From assembly GCA_019594025.1 (NCBI GenBank), contig JAFDUB010000002.1, positions 1 through 45,349 on the forward strand: a DNA stretch of 45,349 nt, written 5' to 3'. Source of the stretch: Thermoplasmata archaeon (GTDB taxonomy: Archaea; Thermoplasmatota; Thermoplasmata; Halarchaeoplasmatales; Halarchaeoplasmataceae). The position numbers and the translations under genes were made by a program. Positions within the stretch are counted from its first letter, which is position 1, and each line of letters starts with the position of its first letter. The notes beneath the pieces were generated by a model that worked only from the letters and a program-made list of their open reading frames with translations, was not told the DNA's origin and searched no databases. This document shows positions 27,778 through 39,000 of this stretch, in pieces.

Positions 27778-29658
27778 ATGTCAGGACATTGGGGAAGATT
27801 ATTGAGAGTAAATCTGGATGATAACAAAGTTAGCACTGAAGAACTGTCGGAAGGCTTTCTGAGGAGGCACATAGGTGGAGCGGGTATCACGGGAAAACTG
27901 CTTTACGACGAGGTAGGACCCGATGTGGAACCCTTGTCTCCCGAGAACAAATTGATAATGGCTCCCGGCCTTTTGGTGGGACCGAAGGTACCGACGGCAT
28001 CTAAGACCTCCTTCGGATTTAAAAGTCCGCTCACAGGAGGTTACGGAAAGGCTATCGTCGGCGGTTGGATCGGTGACCGACTCAAGAAAGCGGGCTACGA
28101 CGCCCTCATAGTAGAAGGGAAGGCTAAGGAAGCTTCCGTTATAGTCATCGAAGATGACGATGTGAAGGTAGAGAGTGCGGAAGATATGTGGGGTAAGGAT
28201 ACCCACGAAACCGTAGAGATGCTGAAGGAAAGATACGGAAAGGTGAAAACCGCCGTGATAGGGCCGGCCGGTGAAAAGCTATCCAAGATATCACTCATCG
28301 AATGCGATGAGAGACAGGCAGGTAGAGGAGGACCAGGGGCGGTCATGGGCGGCAAGAACTTGAAGGCTATAGCCATCAACGGTACCAAGGATTATCCGAT
28401 ACATGACCAGGAAAAGGTTGACGAACTCAACTCTAAATACAGGAAAGTGACGGTGGAAAAAGGAAAAACAGATATGGACTACGGTACCGGTTCTGCGATC
28501 CACCCACTGAACGTGGAGATAGGTGCCTTCCCATCCAAGAACTGGGAGGCGGGCTATTTCAAAGAGGCTTATGAGAAACTCGACGATCCAGATGAAGGTA
28601 GAATAGATCTAGACCCCTATTATTGGGCGGAGAAGTACAGAGACGGAAGAAGACCGTGTCCATACTGTACTAAACCATGCAGTCAGTACTTTGTAGCCGA
28701 AGATACTCCCTACGGAGATATCGCCATCGACGGACCGGAGTACGAGACCCAGTATTCACTCGGAGGCTGCTGTGGAGTCGAGGACGTTGAAGCGGTCACA
28801 AAGGCAAACGAGATCTGCGATAAGCTCGGTCTCGATACCATATCGGCAGGTGTCACCGTTGCTTGGGCCATGGAGGCATACGAGAAGGGACTGCTCGAAC
28901 TGGAAGATTTGGAATTGAATTTCGGTAACCCGCACGCCATGATCGAAGCGGTCAGACAGATCGGGAACAAAGAAGGTGAACTTGGAGAACTGCTGTTCAA
29001 CGGTGTGAAGGAAGCCGCTGAAAAACTAGGTAAAGATTCGGAAAAATTCGCCATACACATCAAAGGGATGGAGCCTCCGGGATACGAAGCTAGAGGTATG
29101 TACGGTATGGGACTCGCCCTTGCCGTGGCACCGAGAGGAGCTGATCATCTTACATCCTGCGAATACGCTTTGGACTACGGTGGAAGTTTCTGGCACTTCG
29201 AAGACTACTCAAGGACCGATATAGTATCCAAGGGATATCCACTTAGTATCATGGAGAACCTGATGATGCTGTACGATATGACGGGTATGTGTAAGTTCTC
29301 AAGAGGTATATTCCTAGACCATCCACTGCTGGAGTATGTAAACGCCATCACCGGATGGAACATGGGTATCGGCGAGTTGCTCATCGCTGGTGAAAGAGGA
29401 CACAACGTGGCTAAAGCATACAACGTTAGAGAGGGCTTCACCCGTGAAGACGATACTCTACCGAGAAGGGTTATGGAAGAAGAAGTGCCCTACGGACCAA
29501 CAAAGGGTAGAAAGATCTTAAAGGAAGAACTGGACGAAGCCTTGGACCGTTACTACACAGCCCGCGGCTGGGACTTGAACGGTGTGCCCATGAAGGCTAA
29601 GCTGCAGTACTTGGACCTAGAGGATGTGGCCGAAGAAGTGGGCTCCACCAAGCAATAA
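27778..29658 (+). CDS. aor: Aldehyde:ferredoxin oxidoreductase family (W/Mo-pterin) protein
   Basis: GRLLRVNL, KSPLTGG, IGPAGEKL, AGRGGPGAVMGGKNLKAI, CPYCTKPC, GPEYET, CDKLGLDTISAG, RGADHL, YYTARGWD. Confidence 0.95.
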   Translation: MSGHWGRLLRVNLDDNKVSTEELSEGFLRRHIGGAGITGKLLYDEVGPDVEPLSPENKLIMAPGLLVGPKVPTASKTSFGFKSPLTGGYGKAIVGGWIGDRLKKAGYDALIVEGKAKEASVIVIEDDDVKVESAEDMWGKDTHETVEMLKERYGKVKTAVIGPAGEKLSKISLIECDERQAGRGGPGAVMGGKNLKAIAINGTKDYPIHDQEKVDELNSKYRKVTVEKGKTDMDYGTGSAIHPLNVEIGAFPSKNWEAGYFKEAYEKLDDPDEGRIDLDPYYWAEKYRDGRRPCPYCTKPCSQYFVAEDTPYGDIAIDGPEYETQYSLGGCCGVEDVEAVTKANEICDKLGLDTISAGVTVAWAMEAYEKGLLELEDLELNFGNPHAMIEAVRQIGNKEGELGELLFNGVKEAAEKLGKDSEKFAIHIKGMEPPGYEARGMYGMGLALAVAPRGADHLTSCEYALDYGGSFWHFEDYSRTDIVSKGYPLSIMENLMMLYDMTGMCKFSRGIFLDHPLLEYVNAITGWNMGIGELLIAGERGHNVAKAYNVREGFTREDDTLPRRVMEEEVPYGPTKGRKILKEELDEALDRYYTARGWDLNGVPMKAKLQYLDLEDVAEEVGSTKQ

Positions 29659-29680
29659 CACCTTTCCCATTTTTTTTCTT
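29659..29680 (+). terminator. Pyrimidine/oligo-T terminator
   Basis: CACCTTTCCCATTTTTTTTC after the aor stop. Confidence 0.6.
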
Positions 29681-30860
29681 ATTTTACATGCCTTAAGAGG
29701 ATTGAACCAAGCACGCTCATCACCAGTACGTAAGATACTGCGAAGGCGGGTATTGTCTCTGTAATCACAGGGATCGCATATGGGCCGACTGCCTCCGATG
29801 CTAGGGCGGCGATTATCAATGAAAACTCACCCCTGGTGATCATGCCTACGCCTACACGGGTAGATCTTACCGTATCCATCTTAAAGAATTTAGCACCGTA
29901 ATAAGCGGTAAAAAATTTGTAAAGACCGGAAGACAATACAGCTACAAAAAGTAGAAGACCGATGCCTCTGAAGAGAAGAAAATCCGTTTTCATACCTATC
30001 CAGAAGAAGAATATTCCTCCGAAGAGATAACGGAAAGGGTATAGATGTTTTTGTAATTTTGCCATGTGTTCCGTTCCCCCGAAGGCTATTCCTACGAAAA
30101 AAGCGGCCACCGCCTCGCTGAGCCCCATGACTATGGCGATCCCAGAGACTAACGCGATGATACCTATGGCACGGAGTACAAAGATTTCATCCGACTTAGT
30201 TTGAAGTATTTTATCAAAAAGTTCCGGTCTAACCAGCATGAACGCTATGAACACAATAACAAAAAGCATGGCTAGTCCGATGTTTAAAAGGATACTTCCA
30301 ACTTCTATACCTTCCCCCAACAGAACCGTTGACATTACTGAAAGATAGACCACGATAACTATATCTTCAAAAACCAGTCGCTCTAACATCTGGTCGGATT
30401 CCGGTGTAGAATCCCATCCTAGGTCCATAAGTGATTTACTGATCACCGCACTAGATGAGATGTACACTATACCTCCTATCAAAAAGGCGGCCATTATATC
30501 TTGAAAGAACCAATACCCCACCAATATACCTGGTGCAAAGTTCAAAAGGTCCATGGTACCGACGAGAGCTATCTTCCCGCTGTGCTTACGAAGTTTTTTG
30601 AGACTGAAACTAAGCCCCATAAAAAACAAAAGGAATATTACTCCCAACTCGGCACCTAATTCGATGAATTGTTCTGCTGAAAATGTACTGCCGATATAGA
30701 AATCCCCTAATCTCCCAATCCCATAACGCCCCATGATTATTCCGAGCAGTATGAAAAGTGGGATATCAGACTCCTTAAAACGGGATGCTAAACTTGCAGC
30801 GATAGCAAGGGCGACTATCATTAGACCTAATTCAAATACTGCCGCTTCTCCGATCATCAC
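29679..30860 (-). CDS. CPA2-family cation:proton antiporter (KhtU/KefB-like, no KTN domain)
   Basis: ELGVIFLLFFMGLSFS, ISSSAVISK, LVFEDI, TRGEFSLIIA; about 12 TM helices. Confidence 0.9.
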   Translation of the reverse strand: MMIGEAAVFELGLMIVALAIAASLASRFKESDIPLFILLGIIMGRYGIGRLGDFYIGSTFSAEQFIELGAELGVIFLLFFMGLSFSLKKLRKHSGKIALVGTMDLLNFAPGILVGYWFFQDIMAAFLIGGIVYISSSAVISKSLMDLGWDSTPESDQMLERLVFEDIVIVVYLSVMSTVLLGEGIEVGSILLNIGLAMLFVIVFIAFMLVRPELFDKILQTKSDEIFVLRAIGIIALVSGIAIVMGLSEAVAAFFVGIAFGGTEHMAKLQKHLYPFRYLFGGIFFFWIGMKTDFLLFRGIGLLLFVAVLSSGLYKFFTAYYGAKFFKMDTVRSTRVGVGMITRGEFSLIIAALASEAVGPYAIPVITETIPAFAVSYVLVMSVLGSILLRHVK

Positions 30861-30939
30861 TAATCCAACTTTAATTTTTTAATCGATTGTTAAGGGATAT
30901 CTATGTTGCCAATTATATGCTTTCCGTTTTTCTGAAGGG

Positions 30940-32187
30940 TTATCGTTTGAATTTACAATCAATACTTCTGATAGGAAGAACTACACCGATCACGAAGAGA
31001 ACCAAGGCACCGAAGAAGAAGGCGTAGCTGATACCAAAGGTATCGGCGAGAAAACCGAGTATGGGCGCGATGATGATTCCTACGACGGACCTGAGCTGAT
31101 TTTCACCACTCAACAAGGTGGCTCGTGTTTGAGGCTCTATAGCATCGCCTAGGAATCCAACCACCATCGGTTTTCTTAGGTTGTACAGTGTGAAGAAAAA
31201 GAAGAAGGCGGCGATGGAGAGGAATACGATATTGATCTGCAGGAAGAAGGCCACCATCAAAAAGGCGAAAGCCATTATGAAATAAAGTACGTTCAACGCT
31301 TTGGCCATATCTCCTACCTTTCTCATAAGTGCGGCGGATTTTCTAGATGAAACGAAGCTGTTCATATATACGAAGAAGTAAACTACTCCCACCAGTATGG
31401 CTGTTCTCTGCTCAGGCACCTCGATGAACAGTAGAAGGGGTAAGGTCAGTGCGAAGGTTTCAACGATGGGTGATAGATAATCTTTGGATATCTTGAAGAA
31501 GGAGTCATATATGGATGCGTTAACCAGCATCTTGCTTAATCCAGGGTAATTGACCAACTGGCGGAAGCTGGATCTGATGTGATTCCAGGCACTCTCAACG
31601 GAGGCTCCTGCGGGTTCACCGTCGAGGTGCTTGGGATAGGTGAGCATCAGGAAGAAAGCGAAGGTGTACGGAATTATGGTGACTAAAAATATGATATTGT
31701 AGCTCTGGAAAAAGTAAACTATGATACCGGCTAGAACAGCGGATAAGGCTGAACCGAGCCTGGAAACTGACCGTGTTTTGCCGTAGTACTCCACCTTTTT
31801 ATCGGACATATCCTCATCGTCGAGGTGCTGCATTATCATGGATTTGTGAGTGCCGGACCGGAAGGTTTCGCCTGAGGCGAACAACAGCATCGCCGGTACG
31901 AAGAGGGTGAAAGAGCTGAAGTGATAGAAAACGATAAATGAAGATATGTAAGATCCGAAGGCGATAGATATCGCCTTCCTTCTACCTGAAAGGTCCGCTA
32001 TCACCCCGGTAGGCGTCTCCAGCAATAGGGTCGCCGTCTCTCTGATCGAGATCAAAACACCTATCTGGAAGAAGCTCAGACCGTTGGCTAAAAAGAAGAG
32101 GTACAGGAAGGGTTCAAAGAACTTCAAGTTCTTTAAAAATCCGTAAGTTGAGAACCTGAATAGCATCAATTTGTTGTAATTCCACAT
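30940..32187 (-). CDS. MFS transporter
   Basis: ETPTGVIADLSGRRK (MFS motif A), GETFRSGT, RATLLS, GFLADTFG; about 12 TM helices. Confidence 0.9.
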   Translation of the reverse strand: MWNYNKLMLFRFSTYGFLKNLKFFEPFLYLFFLANGLSFFQIGVLISIRETATLLLETPTGVIADLSGRRKAISIAFGSYISSFIVFYHFSSFTLFVPAMLLFASGETFRSGTHKSMIMQHLDDEDMSDKKVEYYGKTRSVSRLGSALSAVLAGIIVYFFQSYNIIFLVTIIPYTFAFFLMLTYPKHLDGEPAGASVESAWNHIRSSFRQLVNYPGLSKMLVNASIYDSFFKISKDYLSPIVETFALTLPLLLFIEVPEQRTAILVGVVYFFVYMNSFVSSRKSAALMRKVGDMAKALNVLYFIMAFAFLMVAFFLQINIVFLSIAAFFFFFTLYNLRKPMVVGFLGDAIEPQTRATLLSGENQLRSVVGIIIAPILGFLADTFGISYAFFFGALVLFVIGVVLPIRSIDCKFKR

Positions 32188-32291
32188 GACGAAGTTGGAT
32201 TATTATCTAATAATAAATCTCTTTTGGTTAAAATTTGAAACCCGGGGAAACAATAACATATAAATATGTAGTGCTCATGGAAGAGATTCAC

Positions 32292-32795
32292 ATGGCAAAG
32301 AAACCAGGTAGTATGTACAGAGAATTCAAGGGTCAACCGTATACCCGTAAAAAGTACATCGGAGGTGTGCCTCACGTTAGAGTCGGTCAGTTCATGATGG
32401 GAAACAGAACCGGGGATTTTGAAATGGAACTGGAACTCATCGCCGAGGAAAAATGCCAGATCAAAGACAATGCCTTGGAATCCGCCCGTGTCGTGCTCAC
32501 CAGATTTCTTACCAGAAAGCTAGGAGACAAGAATTTCCGAGCACAGATTTTGGTTTATCCTCATCACGTATTGAGGGAGAATAAACAGGCTACCGGTGCA
32601 GGTGCCGATAGGTTATCTGAAGGGATGCGTAGATCCTTCGGTAAGAAGGTAGGCAATGCCGCCAGGGTACATGCAAATCAGCCGGTGATCAGAGTGTGGG
32701 TTGATGAAAAGGACTTCGAAGTAGGCAAGAACGCTCTAAGAAGGGCTTCCATGAAACTGCCGACACCATGCAGGCAGAGGGTAAAAGAGTCTTGA
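32292..32795 (+). CDS. rpl10e: 50S ribosomal protein L10e (uL16)
   Basis: MAKKPGSMYR..YTRKKYIGGVP, ALESAR, YPHHVLRENKQATGAGADRLSEGMRRSFGK, KLPTPC. Confidence 0.97.
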   Translation: MAKKPGSMYREFKGQPYTRKKYIGGVPHVRVGQFMMGNRTGDFEMELELIAEEKCQIKDNALESARVVLTRFLTRKLGDKNFRAQILVYPHHVLRENKQATGAGADRLSEGMRRSFGKKVGNAARVHANQPVIRVWVDEKDFEVGKNALRRASMKLPTPCRQRVKES

Positions 32796-32796
32796 T

Positions 32797-33225
32797 CTAG
32801 TAACTTCCCTTGATCACTGCAACGGTGCATTTAGCATTCTTCAATACTTTATCAGTGGTACTTCCGAGGAACATTTTTGTGAAACCGGAGGCGCCGTGAC
32901 TGCTCATATAGATTATGTCCTTTTCAGTAGCTAGATCGGTTATAACCGCGTAGGGTTTCCCTTCTCTCATCTTCAACTCGAGTTTAACGTCTTTCTTGGA
33001 TGCATATTTTTTCAGGCTATTTAGTGCCCTCTTACCTTTTTCCTTGAAACCCGCACGTGCGGAATCTCTGATCGAGTGATGATGGACGCCTTCGTACTCG
33101 TTGATATCAACTACGTAGATAGCTACCGCTTTTATCCCTAAGTTGCGTGCCATCTCTATACCTTCTCTCTCTCCAGCTTCAGCACATTCCGAACCATCTG
33201 TCGGTATTATGACCCTCTCGTACAT
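32797..33225 (-). CDS. Universal stress protein (UspA family)
   Basis: MYERVIIPTDGSE, GKPYAVI, SSHGASGFTKMFLGSTTDKVLKNAKCTV. Confidence 0.93.
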   Translation of the reverse strand: MYERVIIPTDGSECAEAGEREGIEMARNLGIKAVAIYVVDINEYEGVHHHSIRDSARAGFKEKGKRALNSLKKYASKKDVKLELKMREGKPYAVITDLATEKDIIYMSSHGASGFTKMFLGSTTDKVLKNAKCTVAVIKGSY

Positions 33226-33333
33226 ACCACGTCTAAAGTAGGAGAAGATATAAAAACCTGACCCCAAACGATCAAACTCTGCTTTCAATCACCACCGAAA
33301 GAATAAATTGACCCTCGTCGTTCTCACATTGGT

Positions 33334-34161
33334 ATGAAAGTTCTCCACGTGTGCTCAAAAAAGGCGGTTCCCATGCTGAATATAATCAAGTTATATCAGC
33401 GGGAATTAAAAAAACACGGTATACGATGCGATGCAAACACCACTGGGGAGGTAAAGGGAAATTACGACGTAATCCATGGACATTACTCCTTAACAAAACC
33501 CGTTATAAAGGCCTGTCTACGGGCCCGAACACAAGGCATACCGTTCATCATTCACCATCATGGAAGTGATGTAAGGAGGATTACGGAGCACGGGCCTAAG
33601 AGGTTGCCTCCACATCACAACCTTATCGGAGCTATGATAAGGAGAGGTGCGGACGTGACTTTATTGAGCACCCCGGACCTACATGAATGGGTAGAAGGTC
33701 TATACCTGGCAAATCCAGTGGATCTACAGAGGTTCCGTCCTATGGAGAGAGAGAAGAACGGTCGTGTACTTATCTTTGGAAGTTTTGTGTCGAAAAAGGC
33801 ACTATTACCTCTTTTGAAAGATGATGAAGAGTACGATATGCTTAACTGGGGAGTTGATATGGATATGCCAAATAACGTTAGAAAAATACCCTTCCGTCCA
33901 AACAAAAAATTACCAGAACTTTTCAACAGGTACGAAAAGATGATAGGCCCGCTAGTCGACCCTGTTTCCCTAGGAAGATTAGAAGCCATGGCATGCGGAT
34001 TAGATACGTACACCAACTTCCCTAAAAAGTACGAAGTATATTATGGATTCGAAAATCCGGACCACGCTAAAGAACCACGAAAGTTCGTAGAAAAGTACCA
34101 CTCTCCGTCAAAGATAATAGACGTACTGCTCTCTATATACCATGATATCAGCCGGAGATGA
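33334..34161 (+). CDS. Glycosyltransferase family 4 (GT-B), compact
   Basis: YDVIHGHY, HHHGSDVR, NPVDLQRFRP, LEAMACG. Confidence 0.82.
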   Translation: MKVLHVCSKKAVPMLNIIKLYQRELKKHGIRCDANTTGEVKGNYDVIHGHYSLTKPVIKACLRARTQGIPFIIHHHGSDVRRITEHGPKRLPPHHNLIGAMIRRGADVTLLSTPDLHEWVEGLYLANPVDLQRFRPMEREKNGRVLIFGSFVSKKALLPLLKDDEEYDMLNWGVDMDMPNNVRKIPFRPNKKLPELFNRYEKMIGPLVDPVSLGRLEAMACGLDTYTNFPKKYEVYYGFENPDHAKEPRKFVEKYHSPSKIIDVLLSIYHDISRR

Positions 34162-35212
34162 GTTCCACTATTCTCCCGGCCGCTCGGCCGTCTCCGTAGG
34201 GACACTCACCAGGTTTCCATCCCCTTTCTTCGAAATCGTCAATGGCTTTAAGAATATCTCCGCTATCGGTACCAACCACTTCGGCGAAACCCGCTTCTAC
34301 AGCCTCGGGACGTTCGGTGGATTCACGCAGTACGAAAACCTTCTTCTTTATGTTGGGAGCGGTGGCCTCCTCCTGTATACCTCCTGAATCCGTCAGTATG
34401 TATCGAGCGTTCCTCATGAGCATAAGGAATTCCAAATAACCCTGGGGTTTGATCAGGTGCATACCCTCTACATTCTTCAATTTATCGTACAAACGTGTTT
34501 GCTTAAACATCTTTTCAGCTCTGGGATGTATGGGATATACCTTGGTTAGAGGAATATTCTCGAACACCTCGATAAACTGCTCTAAAATTTCACGATCGTC
34601 AACGTTTTCAGCACGATGAGCGGTGATAAGCACGTACTCGCCAGGAAGGTCCACGAGGGCCTTATCCTCTGCAATCCCCATATTCTGAATGCATGCGTCT
34701 ATAACGGTGTTACCCGTAACGTGTATGTCTCCCCATACATTCTCACCTTTGAGAATGTCGGCACTGTTCTCGGTCGGTGCGAACAAAAGGTGAGAACAAT
34801 GGTCGGTGAGCCTTCTGTTGTGTTCTTCCGGCATGCGAAGGTCGTAGCTCCTGAGGCCGGCTTCAACGTGGCCTACCTTCAACCCCATCTTAACGGCGGC
34901 TAGAGCACCTGCCAAAACGGTATTCGTATCCCCCTGCACCAGCACAGTGCTACTGTCGAACTTCTTGAACGCCTTTTCCAGTCCTATCAACGCTTTACCG
35001 GTTTGCTCCCCCTGCTCCCCGGAACCGACACCGAGGTACGTATCCGGGGAATTTAGATTCAGTTCTTCAAAGAATATATCGGATACCTCATGGTCATAAT
35101 GCTGCCCGGTATGGATCACGTTAAAATCCATCCCCCTCTTGTCGAGCTCTCTTATTATAGGACTCATCTTGATTATCTCCGGCCTAGTGCCGACGACTAC
35201 AGCTACGCGCAT
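34148..35212 (-). CDS. wecB: UDP-N-acetylglucosamine 2-epimerase (non-hydrolysing)
   Basis: GTRPEIIKM, HTGQHYD, QGDTNT, HVEAGLRS, PEEHNR, HRAEN, TDSGGIQEEA, YGDGRA. Confidence 0.97.
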   Translation of the reverse strand: MRVAVVVGTRPEIIKMSPIIRELDKRGMDFNVIHTGQHYDHEVSDIFFEELNLNSPDTYLGVGSGEQGEQTGKALIGLEKAFKKFDSSTVLVQGDTNTVLAGALAAVKMGLKVGHVEAGLRSYDLRMPEEHNRRLTDHCSHLLFAPTENSADILKGENVWGDIHVTGNTVIDACIQNMGIAEDKALVDLPGEYVLITAHRAENVDDREILEQFIEVFENIPLTKVYPIHPRAEKMFKQTRLYDKLKNVEGMHLIKPQGYLEFLMLMRNARYILTDSGGIQEEATAPNIKKKVFVLRESTERPEAVEAGFAEVVGTDSGDILKAIDDFEERGWKPGECPYGDGRAAGRIVELISG

Positions 35213-35317
35213 ATTTGACGATATGATATAACCATTATAAAAGCACTGCTTCTAGCAGATGTGATAAGAGGTAGTGTGCGGCGTAGTATAGGCTGCCGGA
35301 CAAACTTTAGTTGAGAA

Positions 35318-36088
35318 TCACCATGGCCTTCTTCTTTTCTTCCTTCTTTTCAGATAATAGAGAACGAAGAGTACACCGGCTATCACCATGATTATTGGCA
35401 GTGCATATTGCCATGGACCTGGTTCTCCTTCAACGTAAAATGTCTTGCTTAGTAAGAGCTCACCTTTGTTGAAATCCTCACCAGGCCTGAATCCATAGTC
35501 AGCCCAGATTTCAATAGTATGCTCTCCTTCTTCGAGTTTTTCCTTACCCCACATAAACTCGATCATCCGTGTCTCATTGGCCTCCAATCTATCGACGGTT
35601 TGTGTGACAAACAATTCGTCACCGATGAACAAGCCGACTATAACTTTATCGAGATCATACTCTTTAGGATTGGTCAGGTCTACTCGGGTTATGATGGGTT
35701 TATAAGCGTCGATATCCAAAGTAGATTCTCTATACCGGATCTCCAAACCATCGGAACAGTACCCTACTACCCTAAATGAATAACTACCCTTTTCCACAGC
35801 TGTTACGTTAATCTGAAATATGCTGCTCGTGGTAGACTCATCGGATAAAGGTTCAATGTGAAGACCGTCTGGTACATCCTCAACGTTTATGCTCCAATTA
35901 AGGGCCTCTTCTGCAAAACTACCACGTACCTCTACAAAAAAGTGTTCTGTGTGATTGACGAACACTTCGCTGGGACCGTCGACGTATATACTCACTCCGG
36001 TCTGAGAAAATCTGTCTGCCCTTACAGGTACTGCTAAAGATGCCAGTAGAAGGACCGAAATTGTAAAGATGATTATTCTACGTTTCAT
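35318..36088 (-). CDS. Secreted, C-terminally anchored protein with Ig-like/CARDB-like domains
   Basis: Signal peptide ending VRA; beta-rich domains (LEANETRMIEFMW..EGEHTIEIWAD); TM and KRRKKRRRPW tail; ATGA overlap with the aglB stop. Confidence 0.78.
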   Translation of the reverse strand: MKRRIIIFTISVLLLASLAVPVRADRFSQTGVSIYVDGPSEVFVNHTEHFFVEVRGSFAEEALNWSINVEDVPDGLHIEPLSDESTTSSIFQINVTAVEKGSYSFRVVGYCSDGLEIRYRESTLDIDAYKPIITRVDLTNPKEYDLDKVIVGLFIGDELFVTQTVDRLEANETRMIEFMWGKEKLEEGEHTIEIWADYGFRPGEDFNKGELLLSKTFYVEGEPGPWQYALPIIMVIAGVLFVLYYLKRRKKRRRPW

Positions 36089-39000
36089 CTATACCACCAT
36101 CCCTTCTTTCTGGTATAATACAAAGCAGCAACTACTGCTAAAATGACTAAAAGAACCCAGTGACCTGTTCCCATCTCAAAGGTGTCTTCTTCAATAAGTA
36201 TACCTTCACCTTCAATCGCAAAGGAATCCTCATCGAGGTAAAGGTGGGGAAGCTCAATGTCGTAGTATGCGGTATCTTCAGTGGAAGGATCACTCATCGA
36301 GGTAGCCTTGATTTGAACAGCGATATCTGAAGAGGGTTGTTGTGAATCGGGTGTAAGTACCAATTCGACCTCGGCTGTAGAGTCCTCAGTAACTTCGCCT
36401 GTCTGACTATCAATTGAAACATCCCATCCCTGGGTTTCCAACTGGGCTTGATTCTGTATAAGTAAATCGAAGGTATCCTTTCCATTACCCGTATTCTCTA
36501 CCAGCAGAGTATATATTATCTGGCCGTCCCTGAGTGTTCTTCGAGATACATCTGGAAGCAGGCGTACTCCATAGTGTTGGGCTACGTTGAAATTTAGCTC
36601 CTTGCTTTCAGACTCCTCTGAATTAAGGGATTCGACCATAAAGTTCATGGGAGGTGGGTTGACTATGGCGTCTTCGGGGACATAAAGTGTTACCTTCACC
36701 GTTCTAGATTCTTTGGGTTCTAATTCTATTGTAGAGGGTTCAAATTCCATATCCCAGATCGCATCTGGAGCCTTGGATAATTGGAATACGTCATCAGTGT
36801 TCCCAGTGTTTGTTAAGGTGATGTAGTAGTCGAGAACGTCATCGGGTTCAGTATCTTTAACCGGTATGGTACCTATCTCGATCCCGTATTCTTTGACTTT
36901 ACTTAGTTCTAAGTTTTTCACGATATTGTAACGTAAGTCTATTTCCTGCTCATCCTTATACCTGATATCTCCGAGTTCTTCATCGGTATAGGTTGTCTCC
37001 GCACTTAACCGATAACGGCCTTCGGGTAGTATCAAAGTATAACTACCGTCCTCTTCCGAGCTATCCTCTAACTCCATGGCCTTCTCTAACTCTACGATGC
37101 TTATTTCCGAAGATGTAGCCACACCGTTCCTACTCACGGTGCCGGTTAGTTTAAAGGCCGAGTCAAGCGTTATGTTCAATACCTCGTCTGTTTCACCCAT
37201 GGCGAAGGACTTGAAAACAGCATACATGCCTACTCTTCCCTCGTACTTTACGTAAATCGAATACATACCTTGCGAAATAGGTAAAGAGAAGCTGCCATCA
37301 CTGGTAGTTTCAACCGAGGTAGAGACGGCCTCAGGGGTTTGCCCGAGAAAGGTAATAGTCGTATCGGGAACTGTCTGATCGTTAAGCCGAAGATTTCCGC
37401 TCAAAGTGGGGTAGATCATTTCTCTTTCTAGGGAAATATGTGGCGAAGTTGATACCGTGAGATCATAAAGGTCGGAATAAAGATATCTAACCTTTCGTAG
37501 AATTCCATCAACGGGCTCCGTTGTCTGATAATCCACCTCCACCTCGTACTCACCTGAAGCGAGGTTTACGGAGAAAGTTCCGTCCTCATCGGTTACCCTG
37601 GTAACCGAATAACCGCTGAGTAAGTTCTCAAAGGTCATTTGTATGTTTTCTCGGGGCTCGCCTTCATAGGTCACTAGAGGTGAAAATGTAACTGCGGGTT
37701 CAAGAGTAATATTGTATTCTGTTGGACTATCAAGGGTAAGCTTATCGGTAACTACCAACTCACCGTCTCTATCTGCGCACCACATGGAATAGGTTCCGAC
37801 GGGGAGGTATAGTTCGTAGGTGCCGTTTTCCACTATCAGTTCCTTATCCCAGGGACCCCTTAATGAAAGAATTGCCGACAGTTCGTTTCCATCTTCATCT
37901 AATACAGTTCCATACAGTCTAACCGTGTGATTGACTGTGAAAGGTAATTCTAACGATTCCTCCATGGGTTCGATGTTTATTCTCTCATCAAGATGATAGC
38001 TGATTCCTTCCTCTGGAGAATGATCCACTATGGCATTATATTCGCCCGGCTGTAGTTCAATTTCGTACTCTCCGTTTTCAACTACAGTTTCGGCATCCAC
38101 TGCACCTTCTCCAACTGCCTCGAATCGAATGGAAACCTCGTGTAGTGCTTCACTATCAATCTCCAGACTACCGTATACGTTTACGTTCTTTGCTTCCACG
38201 GCAAAGTATGGTCCAAATTCATCTTCCGGGTCGTAGTAAACCTCTTTTTCATAAAAGCCTTCTTTGGTGAAACGTGCTACGACTTCCTCGTTTGGAAGAA
38301 CCGCTGTGAATCGTCCATATCGCGAGGAGAGCAGTGAAATTGAGTGGCCGTTGGTCATTATCTCTATTTTTGCGGAGATGCCTTCGCCTTCATCATATTC
38401 TTCATCAAAGTTTAAGTCGCGATATATACGGCCTTCGACAGAATGGCCGTAAACTGCATCGAACCGTAAAGTTTTATCGGAATCGAGAGTGAAAGAATCC
38501 CTATAATACAAATCCGCTTGTGGAGTGCTCTTCCATCCGTAGACCGTGTAAGAATCTCTTGGTAGGGAAGCACTGATGTAGCCTTCTCGGTTACTCTGTG
38601 TTTCAAAAATCGTACCGTCGGAATTAAGAATCTCTACTTGGAGCTTATCTATAGGGATTAAATTCAGAACCACTAGGGCTTCGACCTGGTGTCCTTCGCC
38701 GAACTCTGCAACATAGTCTGTGTCTTCGGGAACTGATACCGTACCAAGGTGCACCAGTTTTTCATTATCTTTCCGATAAATACCGTATACGGTATAATCA
38801 CCTGTGGGTAATTTGACGGTGAATTCTCCTTGAGCATCAGTCACCACGTTGTGAGAATATTCTCTTCCGAGGGTACCGGTAAAGGATAAACGCTGGTTGC
38901 TCAGTTTTGTACCTACGTCACTTTCAGCTACACCCTCTACAACATGAGCACGTGAGATATTCACGGTAAATTCTTCCTGAGCATCGGGTTCTAAACCCAA

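Noticed and set aside
35230..35317. Possible C/D-box sRNA between wecB and the CARDB gene
   Set aside because: Only a degenerate C box (GTGATAA) and no CTGA D box; the short hairpins could be chance
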